A stretch of DNA of 64,000 bases. Source: a virus. A program made the translations under genes and the position numbers. Within the stretch, counting starts at the first letter, position 1, and each line of letters starts with the position of its first letter. The notes beneath the pieces were generated by a model that saw nothing but the letters and a program-made list of their open reading frames with translations, made no database searches and was not told where the DNA came from. Shown piece after piece: positions 1-9,384 of the stretch. The stretch lies in IMG/VR virus record IMGVR_UViG_3300029240_000001. One strand, 5' to 3'.

Positions 1-305
1 ATATAACTATGATTACATGGGTTAAAGATAGGCAAGGGCTTGGGCAGTATTACAGAGGGTTGTCTGAGTCTTGTTTATTCGCCACAACAAAAAAGCGTTT
101 GCCATATAAGTTAGATGAAAACGGAAAGCGTTGTCAGGGAGTTACGGCATTTTTTGAACCGAAACGAGAGCATAGTCGTAAGCCTATAAAAATGAGAGAA
201 ATGATTGAAAATGTAAGCCATTCCCCCAGAATCGAACTTTTTGCCAGAGAATCTTTTGATGGTTGGGATAATTGGGGGAATGAAATTAAGGAGGAAAATG
301 AATGA
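1..305 (+). CDS. MT-A70 family DNA adenine methyltransferase, C-terminal part (5' end lies left of window)
   Basis: Reading frame is open to the window edge. C-terminal MT-A70-like string EHSRKP...IELFARESFDGWDNWGNE. Confidence 0.7.
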   Translation, partial: ITMITWVKDRQGLGQYYRGLSESCLFATTKKRLPYKLDENGKRCQGVTAFFEPKREHSRKPIKMREMIENVSHSPRIELFARESFDGWDNWGNEIKEENE

Positions 306-529
306 ACAAATATCAATATTATGTAAATGGAAAGCCAGTATCAAGAAAGGAAATGATGGTAGAACTTAAGAACAAGTGCTATAAAATTCTACACACTGAA
401 TACATTGGCGACATTGGAATCAATACAACAGAAACAGATGAAAAGAAGTTCAATAGTTTTATGAGAAAGATTGAGCAAGGGCACATTGTGCTGATTGATA
501 ATAAAACTTTCCGAAGAAAGAAAATTTAA
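302..529 (+). CDS. hypothetical protein
   Basis: ATGA start/stop overlap with the upstream gene; GGAGG 7 nt upstream. Confidence 0.55.
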   Translation: MNKYQYYVNGKPVSRKEMMVELKNKCYKILHTEYIGDIGINTTETDEKKFNSFMRKIEQGHIVLIDNKTFRRKKI

Positions 530-545
530 GAAGGAAGAAGAAAAA

Positions 546-800
546 ATGATTTATGTAAGTGCTGATTTTCAATGTCCTGTTACTGGAGTGCCGGTTATCC
601 TTATATGGAATGAAGATACTTGTGTTGTAACAGCAAAGATTTGTGATTTCGTATGGACAACATGGAAAGAAGATAATCCGCTAGACAGCAATGAAGATTT
701 AGAAAAGGAAACAAATAAATGGTGCCAGCGATTTTATGGATACGCAACCTCTTTTGAGGAAGCAAATGATATCGCAGAAAAGTATGATTGCTGGTTTTAG
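546..800 (+). CDS. hypothetical protein
   Basis: ATG at 546 preferred over the TTG at 495 in the ORF track; lies in a compact same-strand array. Confidence 0.5.
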   Translation: MIYVSADFQCPVTGVPVILIWNEDTCVVTAKICDFVWTTWKEDNPLDSNEDLEKETNKWCQRFYGYATSFEEANDIAEKYDCWF

Positions 801-812
801 TAGAGGTGGAGG

Positions 813-977
813 ATGGAATATTATATTAAACAAATTGACAAAGCAAAGGACATTGATGAACTAATAGAAATTGTCGAAGAACATGCAGCATTTGACGATG
901 GAATCACTAACAAAGAATATTGCGAGATTGTTGAGTACGCCAATATGAAAATTAAAGCTTGGAGGTATGGAAAATGA
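813..977 (+). CDS. hypothetical small protein (54 aa)
   Basis: Below the ORF-track length cut-off. GGAGG upstream; its stop overlaps the next start (ATGA at 974-977). Confidence 0.45.
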   Translation: MEYYIKQIDKAKDIDELIEIVEEHAAFDDGITNKEYCEIVEYANMKIKAWRYGK

Positions 978-1366
978 AATTTAATTGGAACGGATTTACC
1001 GAAGAAGATTTCGTTGATTACTGTGCAAAAATGGAAAATAATCAAGTCTGTGACGGTGATTTTATCGGATGCGTAACTGTTGGTGATTTATGTTTCGACC
1101 TTATCGTAAGAGAAAACGGCAACGAACTTATGCTTGATTATGATTTGTACATCGGGGGAGTCGACGATGGGTATGGATACGGAAAAGACAATTATCCTTA
1201 TACCGAAGGTGGTGGCGGCAGTTTCGAGGAATCAATGATTGGCTACACATACGAGACTTTTATGAAAATAGCCGAATCTAAATTTGAAGATTTTATTATG
1301 AATAGCCATTTCTCAAGTAAATATAATCTTGTAGAAAAGGCAAATAACCCGCTTCATATTTGGTAA
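974..1366 (+). CDS. hypothetical protein
   Basis: ATG at 974 with GGAGG at 961-965. Confidence 0.55.
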   Translation: MKFNWNGFTEEDFVDYCAKMENNQVCDGDFIGCVTVGDLCFDLIVRENGNELMLDYDLYIGGVDDGYGYGKDNYPYTEGGGGSFEESMIGYTYETFMKIAESKFEDFIMNSHFSSKYNLVEKANNPLHIW

Positions 1367-1378
1367 GGAGACTTTAAA

Positions 1379-1540
1379 ATGAAAACATTTGTATTTGCAA
1401 TTTACTTGAACAACAGCGATTTGGTAGAAATTAAACTTACTGCGGAAAATTATGGATATGCAGTGTCAAAGGTTAAACAAATTCTTCATAATTATGTGGA
1501 CACAAAAGTTACTGGTTTATATCTTAATGATGAATATTAA
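1379..1540 (+). CDS. hypothetical small protein (53 aa)
   Basis: AAGGAG upstream; fills the gap between flanking genes. Confidence 0.45.
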   Translation: MKTFVFAIYLNNSDLVEIKLTAENYGYAVSKVKQILHNYVDTKVTGLYLNDEY

Positions 1541-1567
1541 GAGATTTTTGGAAAATAAGGAGGATAA

Positions 1568-1834
1568 ATGATTACTAAAATTATTAAGATGGCTCCTAAG
1601 AGATACTATATTATTGATGGGGTTGAATTCCCGGCTAACAGTCTCTTTTGTACTCTAGAAACTATTATAGAAGGAGATCCTGAAGACTTAGAATATTACT
1701 TTTATGATGTTGCTGAAAAATTGGCCAACCTTGGTTATCTTGTAGAGAAGTCTGGTTATCATGAGGATATTGTATATTACGATACAGAAGATAAAAAGGC
1801 AGAAGCACTTTTCAAGGAAATTTTAAAAATGTAA
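1568..1834 (+). CDS. hypothetical protein
   Basis: AAGGAGG upstream; followed by a terminator hairpin. Confidence 0.55.
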   Translation: MITKIIKMAPKRYYIIDGVEFPANSLFCTLETIIEGDPEDLEYYFYDVAEKLANLGYLVEKSGYHEDIVYYDTEDKKAEALFKEILKM

Positions 1835-1837
1835 GCA

Positions 1838-1868
1838 AGAGGCTCGTGAACAACGAGTCTCTTTTTAA
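1838..1868 (+). terminator. rho-independent terminator
   Basis: 10-bp stem AGAGGCTCGT/ACGAGTCTCT, loop GAACA, then a T-run. Confidence 0.7.
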
Positions 1869-1886
1869 TTAGAAAGGAAATTAATT

Positions 1887-2255
1887 ATGAAAAACTGGTG
1901 GCGCATCCCGGCAACACAAGATGCAGAGTATGATGAATACGATTACTATTATACGGAACTTCCGAAAAATGAAGCGAAATGGGAGTGGTATTACAAAAAA
2001 TGCGATAGTTGTGGAAAGTATCATCGGTTGAATTTCTACTCTAATCAGTGGTTTTATACTATGGATGGTGGAGATTCGCTTGATTATACAAGCTGCTGGA
2101 AATGTGAGCTTGGTGATATGATTTGGGGTGTTAAGAATAAAATTAAAAAGGAAATTGAGGCACATAAACTTGCATTTTCTCTGCTGAATAGAAAGCATTC
2201 TATTAAGAGAAATATTGAACATTATAAACTTGGGCTTAAGATTGCTAGGAGTTGA
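1887..2255 (+). CDS. hypothetical protein with CxxC...CxxC zinc-ribbon-like motif
   Basis: CDSCGK...CWKCE in the translation. Confidence 0.55.
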   Translation: MKNWWRIPATQDAEYDEYDYYYTELPKNEAKWEWYYKKCDSCGKYHRLNFYSNQWFYTMDGGDSLDYTSCWKCELGDMIWGVKNKIKKEIEAHKLAFSLLNRKHSIKRNIEHYKLGLKIARS

Positions 2256-2284
2256 GGCTCGTAAATAACGGGCCTCTTTTTTTA
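2254..2284 (+). terminator. rho-independent terminator
   Basis: 8-bp stem GAGGCTCG/CGGGCCTC followed by TTTTTTT. Confidence 0.7.
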
Positions 2285-2300
2285 TTGAAAGGAGATTAAT

Positions 2301-2528
2301 ATGGAAATACACTATGTAGGTAAAAAAGCTTTTCGACAACGACTTGCAGAATTTACTTATGACGACAAAGAAGAAGATAGATTCTTCGCGATTGCAAATG
2401 CAATGGAAGTGAAAGGATGGAATATTGATGTAGGAGTGCAAAATTGGGCTGCAATTGAAGTTGTTGATCGTAATGAATATGAAGAAGTAAAGTCAGATTG
2501 GATAGATTTAAAAAAAGCAATTAAATAA
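2301..2528 (+). CDS. hypothetical protein
   Basis: GGAG RBS; compact same-strand array. Confidence 0.5.
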   Translation: MEIHYVGKKAFRQRLAEFTYDDKEEDRFFAIANAMEVKGWNIDVGVQNWAAIEVVDRNEYEEVKSDWIDLKKAIK

Positions 2529-2575
2529 ATTAACAGAATATTATTTATACACAAAATATATTTTGATGAACAGTC

Positions 2576-2604
2576 TTGACAAAACAAAATTATAGCGTTA
2601 TAAT
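2576..2604 (+). promoter_or_regulatory. consensus sigma-A type promoter with the conserved element in its spacer
   Basis: TTGACA, 17-nt spacer, TATAAT. Spacer reads AAACAAAATTATAGCGT. Confidence 0.75.
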
Positions 2605-2651
2605 CATAATAACAAATGAATGATTATAGTTTTTGAATGGAGGTATTCCTT

Positions 2652-2882
2652 ATGAACAACCAACGCAGAAAAAAAATAGAAATTCTATCCACGGAAATTG
2701 AAAAACTTAGTAATCGTATCCAAGATATTTGTGATGAGGAACAAGAATGCTTGGATAATATGCCAGAAAATCTACAAGGAACTGACAGGTATAGCAAGGC
2801 AGAAGAATGCTGTGAACAGCTTGAAGAATGTATTGATTTGCTTAGTGAAGTGATTGACATCATGGAGGAGGTCGTAACGTAA
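2652..2882 (+). CDS. hypothetical acidic coiled-coil protein
   Basis: ATG at 2652 lies 8 nt after GGAGG (2639-2643). Confidence 0.55.
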   Translation: MNNQRRKKIEILSTEIEKLSNRIQDICDEEQECLDNMPENLQGTDRYSKAEECCEQLEECIDLLSEVIDIMEEVVT

Positions 2883-3365
2883 ATGAATAATGGCATCATG
2901 TGTGATTATTTTGACTATGACGGAATTAGATATTATGCTGGTTCAAAATTTAAATGTAACAATTTTGTAAAGACAAACGTTCAACTTTTTCCAGAAATTG
3001 AAGTCACATTTGTCAAGTATAATAAGAAGTCTAATATTTGCCGCATTCGCAGTAATGTTGCTATGTGTGAATTTGAGTTCGCGCTTAGTACTTTTACAGA
3101 CAATATTATTTGCGTCACTTGTCCTAAGACAAAAGAAGTTGTAAATAAAACAAATGAAAAATATGAAAATGACAAACAATATTATCACTGGGTCGAAGAC
3201 GGAGAAGACTGTTATAAGGCAAAGCCAGATGCCATTGGACTAGGTTGGGTGTGGTACATTTCTCTTATGGTAGTTGCGACGATCTTCAAGGGAGCTCTTG
3301 GTCTCTGGGCTCTTATTACGTTTGTTTTTGTAAGATGGAGAAAAAAGAAAATTAAGGAGGGATAA
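2883..3365 (+). CDS. hypothetical protein with C-terminal transmembrane helix
   Basis: Hydrophobic stretch GLGWVWYISLMVVATIFKGALGLWALITFVFV near the C-terminus. Confidence 0.55.
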   Translation: MNNGIMCDYFDYDGIRYYAGSKFKCNNFVKTNVQLFPEIEVTFVKYNKKSNICRIRSNVAMCEFEFALSTFTDNIICVTCPKTKEVVNKTNEKYENDKQYYHWVEDGEDCYKAKPDAIGLGWVWYISLMVVATIFKGALGLWALITFVFVRWRKKKIKEG

Positions 3366-3368
3366 AAA

Positions 3369-4343
3369 ATGACAGGCAGGACTGAAAAGGAAATTGCGTC
3401 AACTAAAAAAATGCAAGAAAAACTGAAAGAACTTCCTAAAATCTTTTCTGAATTTTATTATTATATGTGTTCAACAAAATCTTATACAACAGTTGAAAGA
3501 TATATTGCATATGTAAGGGAATTTGCAGAATTCTTGAATGATGGGGACATTCCAAATAACTTTTACAAGAGAGTTACTCCGCTAGATATTAACAAATATT
3601 TTGCGGCAATGAAGAATAAAGAAAGCGCACATGGGCATTATAATACGAGTGACAGTATTCGTGCGACAAAATGGTCTGCGCTGAATACTTTCTTTGGATT
3701 TCTTAAGAGTAATAACTATATTGCAAATAATCCAATGGAGAGAACGGAGCGTCCAAAAGTTCAGGATAGACCAGATGTCGCCTATTTGACAGAAGAAGAG
3801 ATGCAAGCAATTCTAGACAATGTAAACAAACTTGCAAGCACAAAGATGAAAAACAGAGATTTGGCAATTATTATGCTTGGACTTACAACTGGACTTCGTG
3901 TATCAGCACTTACGCAAATTGATATTAGCGATATTGATTTTGAGAATAATACTATCAAGGTTATTGAAAAGCGAGGAAAAACATGTAATATTCTTATTGG
4001 AGATAAGGTAAAGGAACAGCTCGAATTGTGGTTACAAGATAGAAAAAAATATTTTAGCATGACAGATTCCGATGCGCTGTTTATTTCTAGTTTTAAGAAA
4101 AGAATTACTAGAGATGGAATCAGGGTGATTCTAGAGAAATATAGCAAAGATGTTACAAATAAGCATGTTACTCCACATGTACTAAGGCATTCTTGCGCAA
4201 CAAATCTATATGAGAAGACAGGAGATATTTATCTTTGTGCAACAGTGCTAAATCATAAAAATATTGCTACTACCATGAGATATGCAAGTATGTCTAAAGA
4301 TAAAAAACAGAAAGCAGCAAATATTTTGAACGACATGATTTAA
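3369..4343 (+). CDS. tyrosine recombinase (XerC/XerD-phage integrase family)
   Basis: Motifs TTGLRVSAL, HVLRHSCATNL and HKNIATTMRYA give the R..HxxR..Y catalytic pattern. Confidence 0.8.
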   Translation: MTGRTEKEIASTKKMQEKLKELPKIFSEFYYYMCSTKSYTTVERYIAYVREFAEFLNDGDIPNNFYKRVTPLDINKYFAAMKNKESAHGHYNTSDSIRATKWSALNTFFGFLKSNNYIANNPMERTERPKVQDRPDVAYLTEEEMQAILDNVNKLASTKMKNRDLAIIMLGLTTGLRVSALTQIDISDIDFENNTIKVIEKRGKTCNILIGDKVKEQLELWLQDRKKYFSMTDSDALFISSFKKRITRDGIRVILEKYSKDVTNKHVTPHVLRHSCATNLYEKTGDIYLCATVLNHKNIATTMRYASMSKDKKQKAANILNDMI

Positions 4344-4349
4344 TAACAT

Positions 4350-4378
4350 TTGACAGGGATAATTTTGTACTGTACAAT
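4350..4378 (+). promoter_or_regulatory. sigma-A type promoter with the inverted conserved element in its spacer
   Basis: TTGACA, 17-nt spacer, TACAAT. Spacer 4359-4372 (ATAATTTTGTACTG) is the reverse complement of CAGTACAAAATTAT. Confidence 0.7.
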
Positions 4379-4415
4379 ATAAAAGAAATGAAAAACTCAC
4401 AAGGAGTGTGATTAT

Positions 4416-5336
4416 GTGTTCTATAATGAGGAGGTTAAAATACAATTCATAAACGATTATAAGAGAAGTAGAGTCGTTAATGAAACTTCATTAACTGGAA
4501 TGTTTAACAAGATATATAAATATGAAATACAAAATAAAAAAGATTGCAATAATTTTGCAATTGAAGAAATACTGGCCATGTATCGTTGCTTCAAAGCGAA
4601 ATCTGTGCACGTGCTTGAGAATTACAATGTGTATTTAAAAAGCTATGCAGCGTTTTGTATGCATTATGGTTTTGGCATGGAAAACAATTACGCAAATATT
4701 AGTAAGGCCATGCTGCAAGAATGTCTTGATGAAAATATAATTAAACAAAAGTTCTTGACAAGGGAACAGTTTGACGAGGTAGAAGACGAATTATACAACT
4801 ATACAGACAAGGCGTTGCTGGAGTTACTATGGGAAGGCATTAGTGGAAAAAGCATGGAAGATATTGTTTCGTTAAAGAGAAGTATGATAAGTGAAGACAA
4901 ACAATATATTTGTTTTGAAGACGGACGAAAAGTAAAGTTATCTGCAAAATTGTATAATTATTTAGACAAGGCATTTGCAGAAAAAGAATATATGTGCTAT
5001 GGGGTAACTGTTAGAGTTAAACAACTAATTGGAGATGATTGTTTATACAAGGAAATGGATAATGCGTATACAGTAGACTCTGATGACAAGTTTTTCCGTT
5101 GGGTATATAGAAGAATTCAGACATATAGGAAGCACGTAGGATTGCCATTGCTTACTATGAAGACAATTGCGGCGTCAGGGCTTTTATATAAAATTAAACA
5201 AGCAATGGAAAAGAATAATCTTGGGCTAAGAGAATTTTTATATACAGAGGAAGGCAAAGCATTGGCACAGCAATATGGATACAAGTTAAATTCATATGTT
5301 GATGTTATTGCCAACAAGTTTGCAAGTCTGGTGTAG
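4416..5336 (+). CDS. recombinase-fold DNA-binding protein lacking catalytic residues (possible MrpR/YopR-like regulator)
   Basis: GTG start 9 nt after AAGGAG. N-terminal SAM-like segment. ALLELLWEGISGKSMEDIVSLKRSMI resembles the start of a tyrosine-recombinase catalytic domain, but I see no R/HxxR/Y. Confidence 0.4.
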   Translation: MFYNEEVKIQFINDYKRSRVVNETSLTGMFNKIYKYEIQNKKDCNNFAIEEILAMYRCFKAKSVHVLENYNVYLKSYAAFCMHYGFGMENNYANISKAMLQECLDENIIKQKFLTREQFDEVEDELYNYTDKALLELLWEGISGKSMEDIVSLKRSMISEDKQYICFEDGRKVKLSAKLYNYLDKAFAEKEYMCYGVTVRVKQLIGDDCLYKEMDNAYTVDSDDKFFRWVYRRIQTYRKHVGLPLLTMKTIAASGLLYKIKQAMEKNNLGLREFLYTEEGKALAQQYGYKLNSYVDVIANKFASLV

Positions 5337-5372
5337 GCCGTATTATTGCGGTCTATAATTTTCTTTTGTTCA

Positions 5373-5389
5373 ACAATACAAAATTATAA
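5373..5389 (+). promoter_or_regulatory. conserved intergenic element copy
   Basis: ACAATACAAAATTATAA. Confidence 0.6.
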
Positions 5390-5400
5390 TTAAAAAATAG

Positions 5401-5429
5401 TTGCCGAACATATGTTTTTGTTGTATAAT
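5401..5429 (+). promoter_or_regulatory. sigma-A type promoter
   Basis: TTGCCG, 17-nt spacer, TATAAT. Confidence 0.6.
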
Positions 5430-5491
5430 TTTTGTATAATATATAAACAAAGGTAAATTATTTTACATTACAAAAGGGGAGACATAATTTT

Positions 5492-5743
5492 ATGGAAAAG
5501 AAAATTGTAAATGACTTACATAATCTAAATGGTAAGAATGGGGAAATAACAATACATCATGATTGGTATGGAAATCAAAAAATTAGGGGAATTTTCCATA
5601 TTATTGATGATGGAGAAAGGATTGGTGTTAAATTGAAAGATAATGAAATCTTTTTATGGAACAATGAAATTACAAACATTGAGGTAAGTGGAAATTACGC
5701 AATGATCAAAGGGGAGTCCATGCAAATTAAAATCGAAATATAA
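5492..5743 (+). CDS. hypothetical protein
   Basis: GGGGAG RBS; lies downstream of a promoter. Confidence 0.55.
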   Translation: MEKKIVNDLHNLNGKNGEITIHHDWYGNQKIRGIFHIIDDGERIGVKLKDNEIFLWNNEITNIEVSGNYAMIKGESMQIKIEI

Positions 5744-5769
5744 AATTTTTCGCTCTCTGATAAAAAAGC

Positions 5770-5798
5770 TTGACAAGACACAATTATTATGGTATAAT
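5770..5798 (+). promoter_or_regulatory. consensus sigma-A type promoter (extended -10)
   Basis: TTGACA, 17-nt spacer, TGgTATAAT. Confidence 0.75.
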
Positions 5799-5814
5799 GC
5801 AATCGTAATGAAAA

Positions 5815-5831
5815 GTAATACAAAATTATAG
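5815..5831 (+). promoter_or_regulatory. conserved element copy in a 5' leader
   Basis: GTAATACAAAATTATAG, about 20 nt after the -10 at 5793-5798. Confidence 0.6.
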
Positions 5832-5867
5832 TCTTTTCAATTGTCAAGAAAGGGGGATGAATAATGA

Positions 5868-6077
5868 ATGAAATCAGAGAGCGTCAATGTTCAATGCCAG
5901 AAATGTGGAACAATTTTTCAGGTTGATGAACGAAATAATTATATTGAGTATTTATATATACAAGCGAAATGTCCATGCTGTGAGCACGAAAATGATATGT
6001 TGAATATAGGGAAAGACATTTTAGATAAATACACATATTATAATGTGGTCATGGATGAAAGATATTATAGGTATTAA
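5868..6077 (+). CDS. zinc-ribbon protein
   Basis: CQKCG...CPCCEH in the translation. Confidence 0.55.
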   Translation: MKSESVNVQCQKCGTIFQVDERNNYIEYLYIQAKCPCCEHENDMLNIGKDILDKYTYYNVVMDERYYRY

Positions 6078-6092
6078 TTTTTATTTTATTAA

Positions 6093-6109
6093 ACAATACA
6101 AAATTATAG
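6093..6109 (+). promoter_or_regulatory. conserved element copy just upstream of an RBS
   Basis: ACAATACAAAATTATAG followed by GAAAAGGAG. Confidence 0.6.
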
Positions 6110-6129
6110 GAAAAGGAGACTAATAAGAC

Positions 6130-7203
6130 ATGGCAAACAAACTTTTTGAACTTCCACAAACCAAGGGAACCTTTCAGGTTAGAGGAATTGTAAGCGGAGT
6201 AGAGAAGGATAACTTCTATACAGAAAAGAAGACCAAGACAGGCAAGGATTTCCGTATGGTTAACTTTGGCGTAGAATATGAAGACAAGAAGACAATTTAT
6301 CCTTCGCTTAATGGTATGCCGCGCGATAAGGTATATTTTAGTAAGAAGGATGAAGATGGCAAGACAGAAGTAAAGGCAATTGCTTGGAAGGATAGAATTA
6401 AGAATGCACCAGAGGGATATCGTATGATTGGTGTACTGACTGGGCTTAAGAAAGTTCCGGGAGAGAATGGAAAGCTCAAGAATGACAATCATTATAGAAC
6501 AGAATATGATGCATGTGAATATATTAATGAAAATCTTAATGATGGTGATTCTGTTTTTGTTAAAGGAAATCTAGAATTTGGCAGTTATACTAACAAAGAT
6601 GGGGAAGTCTCTCGTACCACAAAGTTTGTTCCAACACAGGTTTCTCTATGTCAGAAGGATGTTGACTTTGAGGCGGAAGATTATGCTCCCGCTCATGATT
6701 TTACGCAGACGATTATTTTTGTTGGTATTGATCAGGAAAGAGAAAACGACAAGCCAACTGGTCGATTTGTAGTTGATGCAAAGATTGTGAATTATAACTC
6801 TATTGAGTCTGCTGAATTTATTATTGAAGATGCAAAGCTCGCAAAGCAGATGCGCAGTGGGCTAAAGCCTTATAATTCCATTCAGGTTCATGGGCACATC
6901 AATGTTGTTAATAATGTTGAAGACATGAATGATGAGGAAGATGATGATTGCTGGGGCGAATCTAATGATATGGACAATAAGAGAGTTTTTGCACCGACTC
7001 ATCGAGAACTTATTATTACAGGTGCAAAGCCATCAACTATTGACAAAGACACATATACTGAAAAGGCAATTGATGAGGCAATTAAGAAGGTAAATGCAGC
7101 AAAGAAAGCAGAACAGGATTTCACTGGTAAGGCAGAGTCAACATCCAATGTAGATGATGATTGGGGCGACGATGCATCTGACGATGAAGATGAGCCATGG
7201 TAA
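6130..7203 (+). CDS. single-stranded DNA-binding-like protein
   Basis: Acidic C-terminal tail DDDWGDDASDDEDEPW typical of SSB tips; sits next to the recombination and helicase genes. The OB fold is not verified. Confidence 0.5.
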   Translation: MANKLFELPQTKGTFQVRGIVSGVEKDNFYTEKKTKTGKDFRMVNFGVEYEDKKTIYPSLNGMPRDKVYFSKKDEDGKTEVKAIAWKDRIKNAPEGYRMIGVLTGLKKVPGENGKLKNDNHYRTEYDACEYINENLNDGDSVFVKGNLEFGSYTNKDGEVSRTTKFVPTQVSLCQKDVDFEAEDYAPAHDFTQTIIFVGIDQERENDKPTGRFVVDAKIVNYNSIESAEFIIEDAKLAKQMRSGLKPYNSIQVHGHINVVNNVEDMNDEEDDDCWGESNDMDNKRVFAPTHRELIITGAKPSTIDKDTYTEKAIDEAIKKVNAAKKAEQDFTGKAESTSNVDDDWGDDASDDEDEPW

Positions 7204-7213
7204 GAATTCATAA

Positions 7214-7243
7214 GTCTAGGGAAGAATTAAATCTTCCCTAGAC
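7214..7243 (+). terminator. 12-bp hairpin after the SSB-like gene (no T-run)
   Basis: GTCTAGGGAAGA-ATTAAA-TCTTCCCTAGAC. It abuts the next element copy. Confidence 0.4.
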
Positions 7244-7258
7244 AATACTAAATTATAG
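7242..7258 (+). promoter_or_regulatory. conserved element copy
   Basis: ACAATACTAAATTATAG. Confidence 0.55.
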
Positions 7259-7276
7259 ACAGCGAAGTGATGACAG

Positions 7277-8287
7277 ATGGAAGAATTAAAAGAAATGAAT
7301 TCTTCCGTTGATGGGCTACAAGATACAATATATACGGAAGTAAAAGATCCATATGGATTCATTTATATCACAACGAATTTGATTGATGGCAAAAGATATT
7401 TAGGCCAAAGAAAATTCTATGGAAATTGGCAAGAATATCTTGGTAGTGGTGCAGCATTTAAACAAGCAATTGACAAATATGGAAAAGAAAATTTTGTAAG
7501 AAATGTAATTGATATTGCTTATTCTGCAGAAGAATTAAATGAAAAGGAATACCATTATAGTGTTTTCTTTAATGCTGTTGAATCTAACAATTGGTATAAT
7601 CTTGTTTATGGTGGAGGAACAACGCAAGGATGGACTCCAAGTAAAGAAACAAGAAAAAAGATATCAAAAGCTGCAAAAGAAAGACTTTCAGATCCAAATA
7701 ATCATCCAATGTATGGAAGAGTAGGATTAGTAGGCGAGAATAATCCCCAGTTTAAAGTTTCTCCAAAAGAACGCATGGATGAAGAAACATATAAACAATG
7801 GTATGAAAAACATAAATTATATTGGGCAAATCCAACAACTAAAGGCAAACATATATGGATAGGAAAACAACATCCCAGTTTAGGTAAAAAATTGTCAGAT
7901 GAACAAAAATTGAATCTATCAGAAAAAGCAAAAGAAAGATTTATAAATTCAAGCAATCATCCAATGTACGGAAAACATCACACAGAAGAAGCAAAGCAAA
8001 AGATGAGTGATTCTCGTAAAGGGAGTAATTGGTGGAAGTGTAGAAGAATATATTGTATAGAATTAAATCAAATTTTTTGGGGAGCAAAAGAAGTACAAAA
8101 TTTATATGGATTTGATCCAAGCTCTATTACAAAGTGCTGTAGAGGTAAACAAAATTATACGTATAAACATCCACAAACAGGCGAGGCATTGCATTGGTTG
8201 TATGCGGAAGATGCAATTGAAAAAGGATATATCACACAAGAAGAGTTAGATAGATATATAAATAGTTTAAAAGGTAAAGGAGACTGA
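7277..8287 (+). CDS. GIY-YIG homing endonuclease with NUMOD3-like repeats
   Basis: GFIYITTNLIDGKRYLGQ...EKEYHY, plus repeated NHPMYG(R/K) modules. Confidence 0.8.
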   Translation: MEELKEMNSSVDGLQDTIYTEVKDPYGFIYITTNLIDGKRYLGQRKFYGNWQEYLGSGAAFKQAIDKYGKENFVRNVIDIAYSAEELNEKEYHYSVFFNAVESNNWYNLVYGGGTTQGWTPSKETRKKISKAAKERLSDPNNHPMYGRVGLVGENNPQFKVSPKERMDEETYKQWYEKHKLYWANPTTKGKHIWIGKQHPSLGKKLSDEQKLNLSEKAKERFINSSNHPMYGKHHTEEAKQKMSDSRKGSNWWKCRRIYCIELNQIFWGAKEVQNLYGFDPSSITKCCRGKQNYTYKHPQTGEALHWLYAEDAIEKGYITQEELDRYINSLKGKGD

Positions 8288-8294
8288 TATTATT

Positions 8295-9371
8295 ATGGCT
8301 TTATGGAAGAAAAATGAGGTAACAGTAGATATTACTAACTATCGCCACTATTGGAGAGCACCAAAAAAATGGGGCAAAACTACATTGTTTGCAAATTTAA
8401 TTAAAGAACTATATGGCGACATGAGTCATGGCCTATTGATTAGCTGTGGAAATGAGAGAGGTTATCTTGCTCTTGACAATCTAATGGTTGCTGATTGCCC
8501 AGATTGGTCTACACTAATGGAAGTCGTTGACGAACTAGTAGAAAATAAGGACGAAAATTCGTTTTCTATTATTGCATTTGATACCGTTGACGAATGGATT
8601 TCTATGGCTCAAAAGGAAATTGTGCGTCTTGACTATAAGAAGTCTGGCACCAAGCATGAATTTAATGCGTGTTTTGGAGGTTATGGAGCTGGGCGTAGAA
8701 AAGTGGATGAGCTAATTAATTCCGTTATTACCAGACTAGAATCTAGTGGGTACTGTCTAGTGTTTATTGGGCACACTAAGATTAAGGATATTAAAGAGAA
8801 AAATGGCGATGAATACCAGATGCTTACATCTAATCTTTCAACAGATTATGATTCGATTTTTGCTAACAAGGCAGATATTTGTATGATGGGTGTTATTGAA
8901 AGAGAAATTACTGATGGGCATGTAGATGGTGTTAGCAGATGGATGTACTTTCGTGGAAATGGATATATTGATGCAGGTGGTAGATTTGAAGATATTGCTG
9001 ACAGAGTAGAAGTTTCTGCAAAGAATTATATTGCTACTGTCAAGGATGCAATTAAGAATTCTATTAAGTCTCATGACGCAACAGACGAATATATTGAGAG
9101 CAAATCAAAGCAGGAGAAAAAAGAAAAGGAAGACTATTATAATTCACATAAAGAGGATCTAATGGAAACAGACGAGTTGGATGTGGAAATTAGAAAAGAC
9201 GAAGAATGCAAGAACCTTAAGGCAGAAATTAAGGGAGTTCTGTTATCTCTTTCTCCTGAAGACAAGAAAGCCAAACGTGCTGCCCTAAAGGAAGCAGGTC
9301 TTCCAGACCAGTTCGCCAAGGTTACAGACATTGCTATTCTAAACCAGATTCTTGAAGTAGTTTCACAGTAA
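8295..9371 (+). CDS. AAA_24 / Sak4-like RecA-fold ATPase (recombination)
   Basis: Walker A APKKWGKTT; FDTVDEW; FIGHTK. Confidence 0.65.
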   Translation: MALWKKNEVTVDITNYRHYWRAPKKWGKTTLFANLIKELYGDMSHGLLISCGNERGYLALDNLMVADCPDWSTLMEVVDELVENKDENSFSIIAFDTVDEWISMAQKEIVRLDYKKSGTKHEFNACFGGYGAGRRKVDELINSVITRLESSGYCLVFIGHTKIKDIKEKNGDEYQMLTSNLSTDYDSIFANKADICMMGVIEREITDGHVDGVSRWMYFRGNGYIDAGGRFEDIADRVEVSAKNYIATVKDAIKNSIKSHDATDEYIESKSKQEKKEKEDYYNSHKEDLMETDELDVEIRKDEECKNLKAEIKGVLLSLSPEDKKAKRAALKEAGLPDQFAKVTDIAILNQILEVVSQ

Positions 9372-9384
9372 GGAGACATAACAA

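Noticed and set aside
1881-2441. Long minus-strand ORFs inside the plus-strand gene block (for example 1881..2441, 6049..6492, 13105..13476, 21482..21907, 30355..30816, 33593..33982)
   Set aside because: They lie antisense to better-supported plus-strand genes, have Ile/Phe/Leu-rich low-complexity translations typical of AT-rich shadow frames, and lack ribosome-binding sites.
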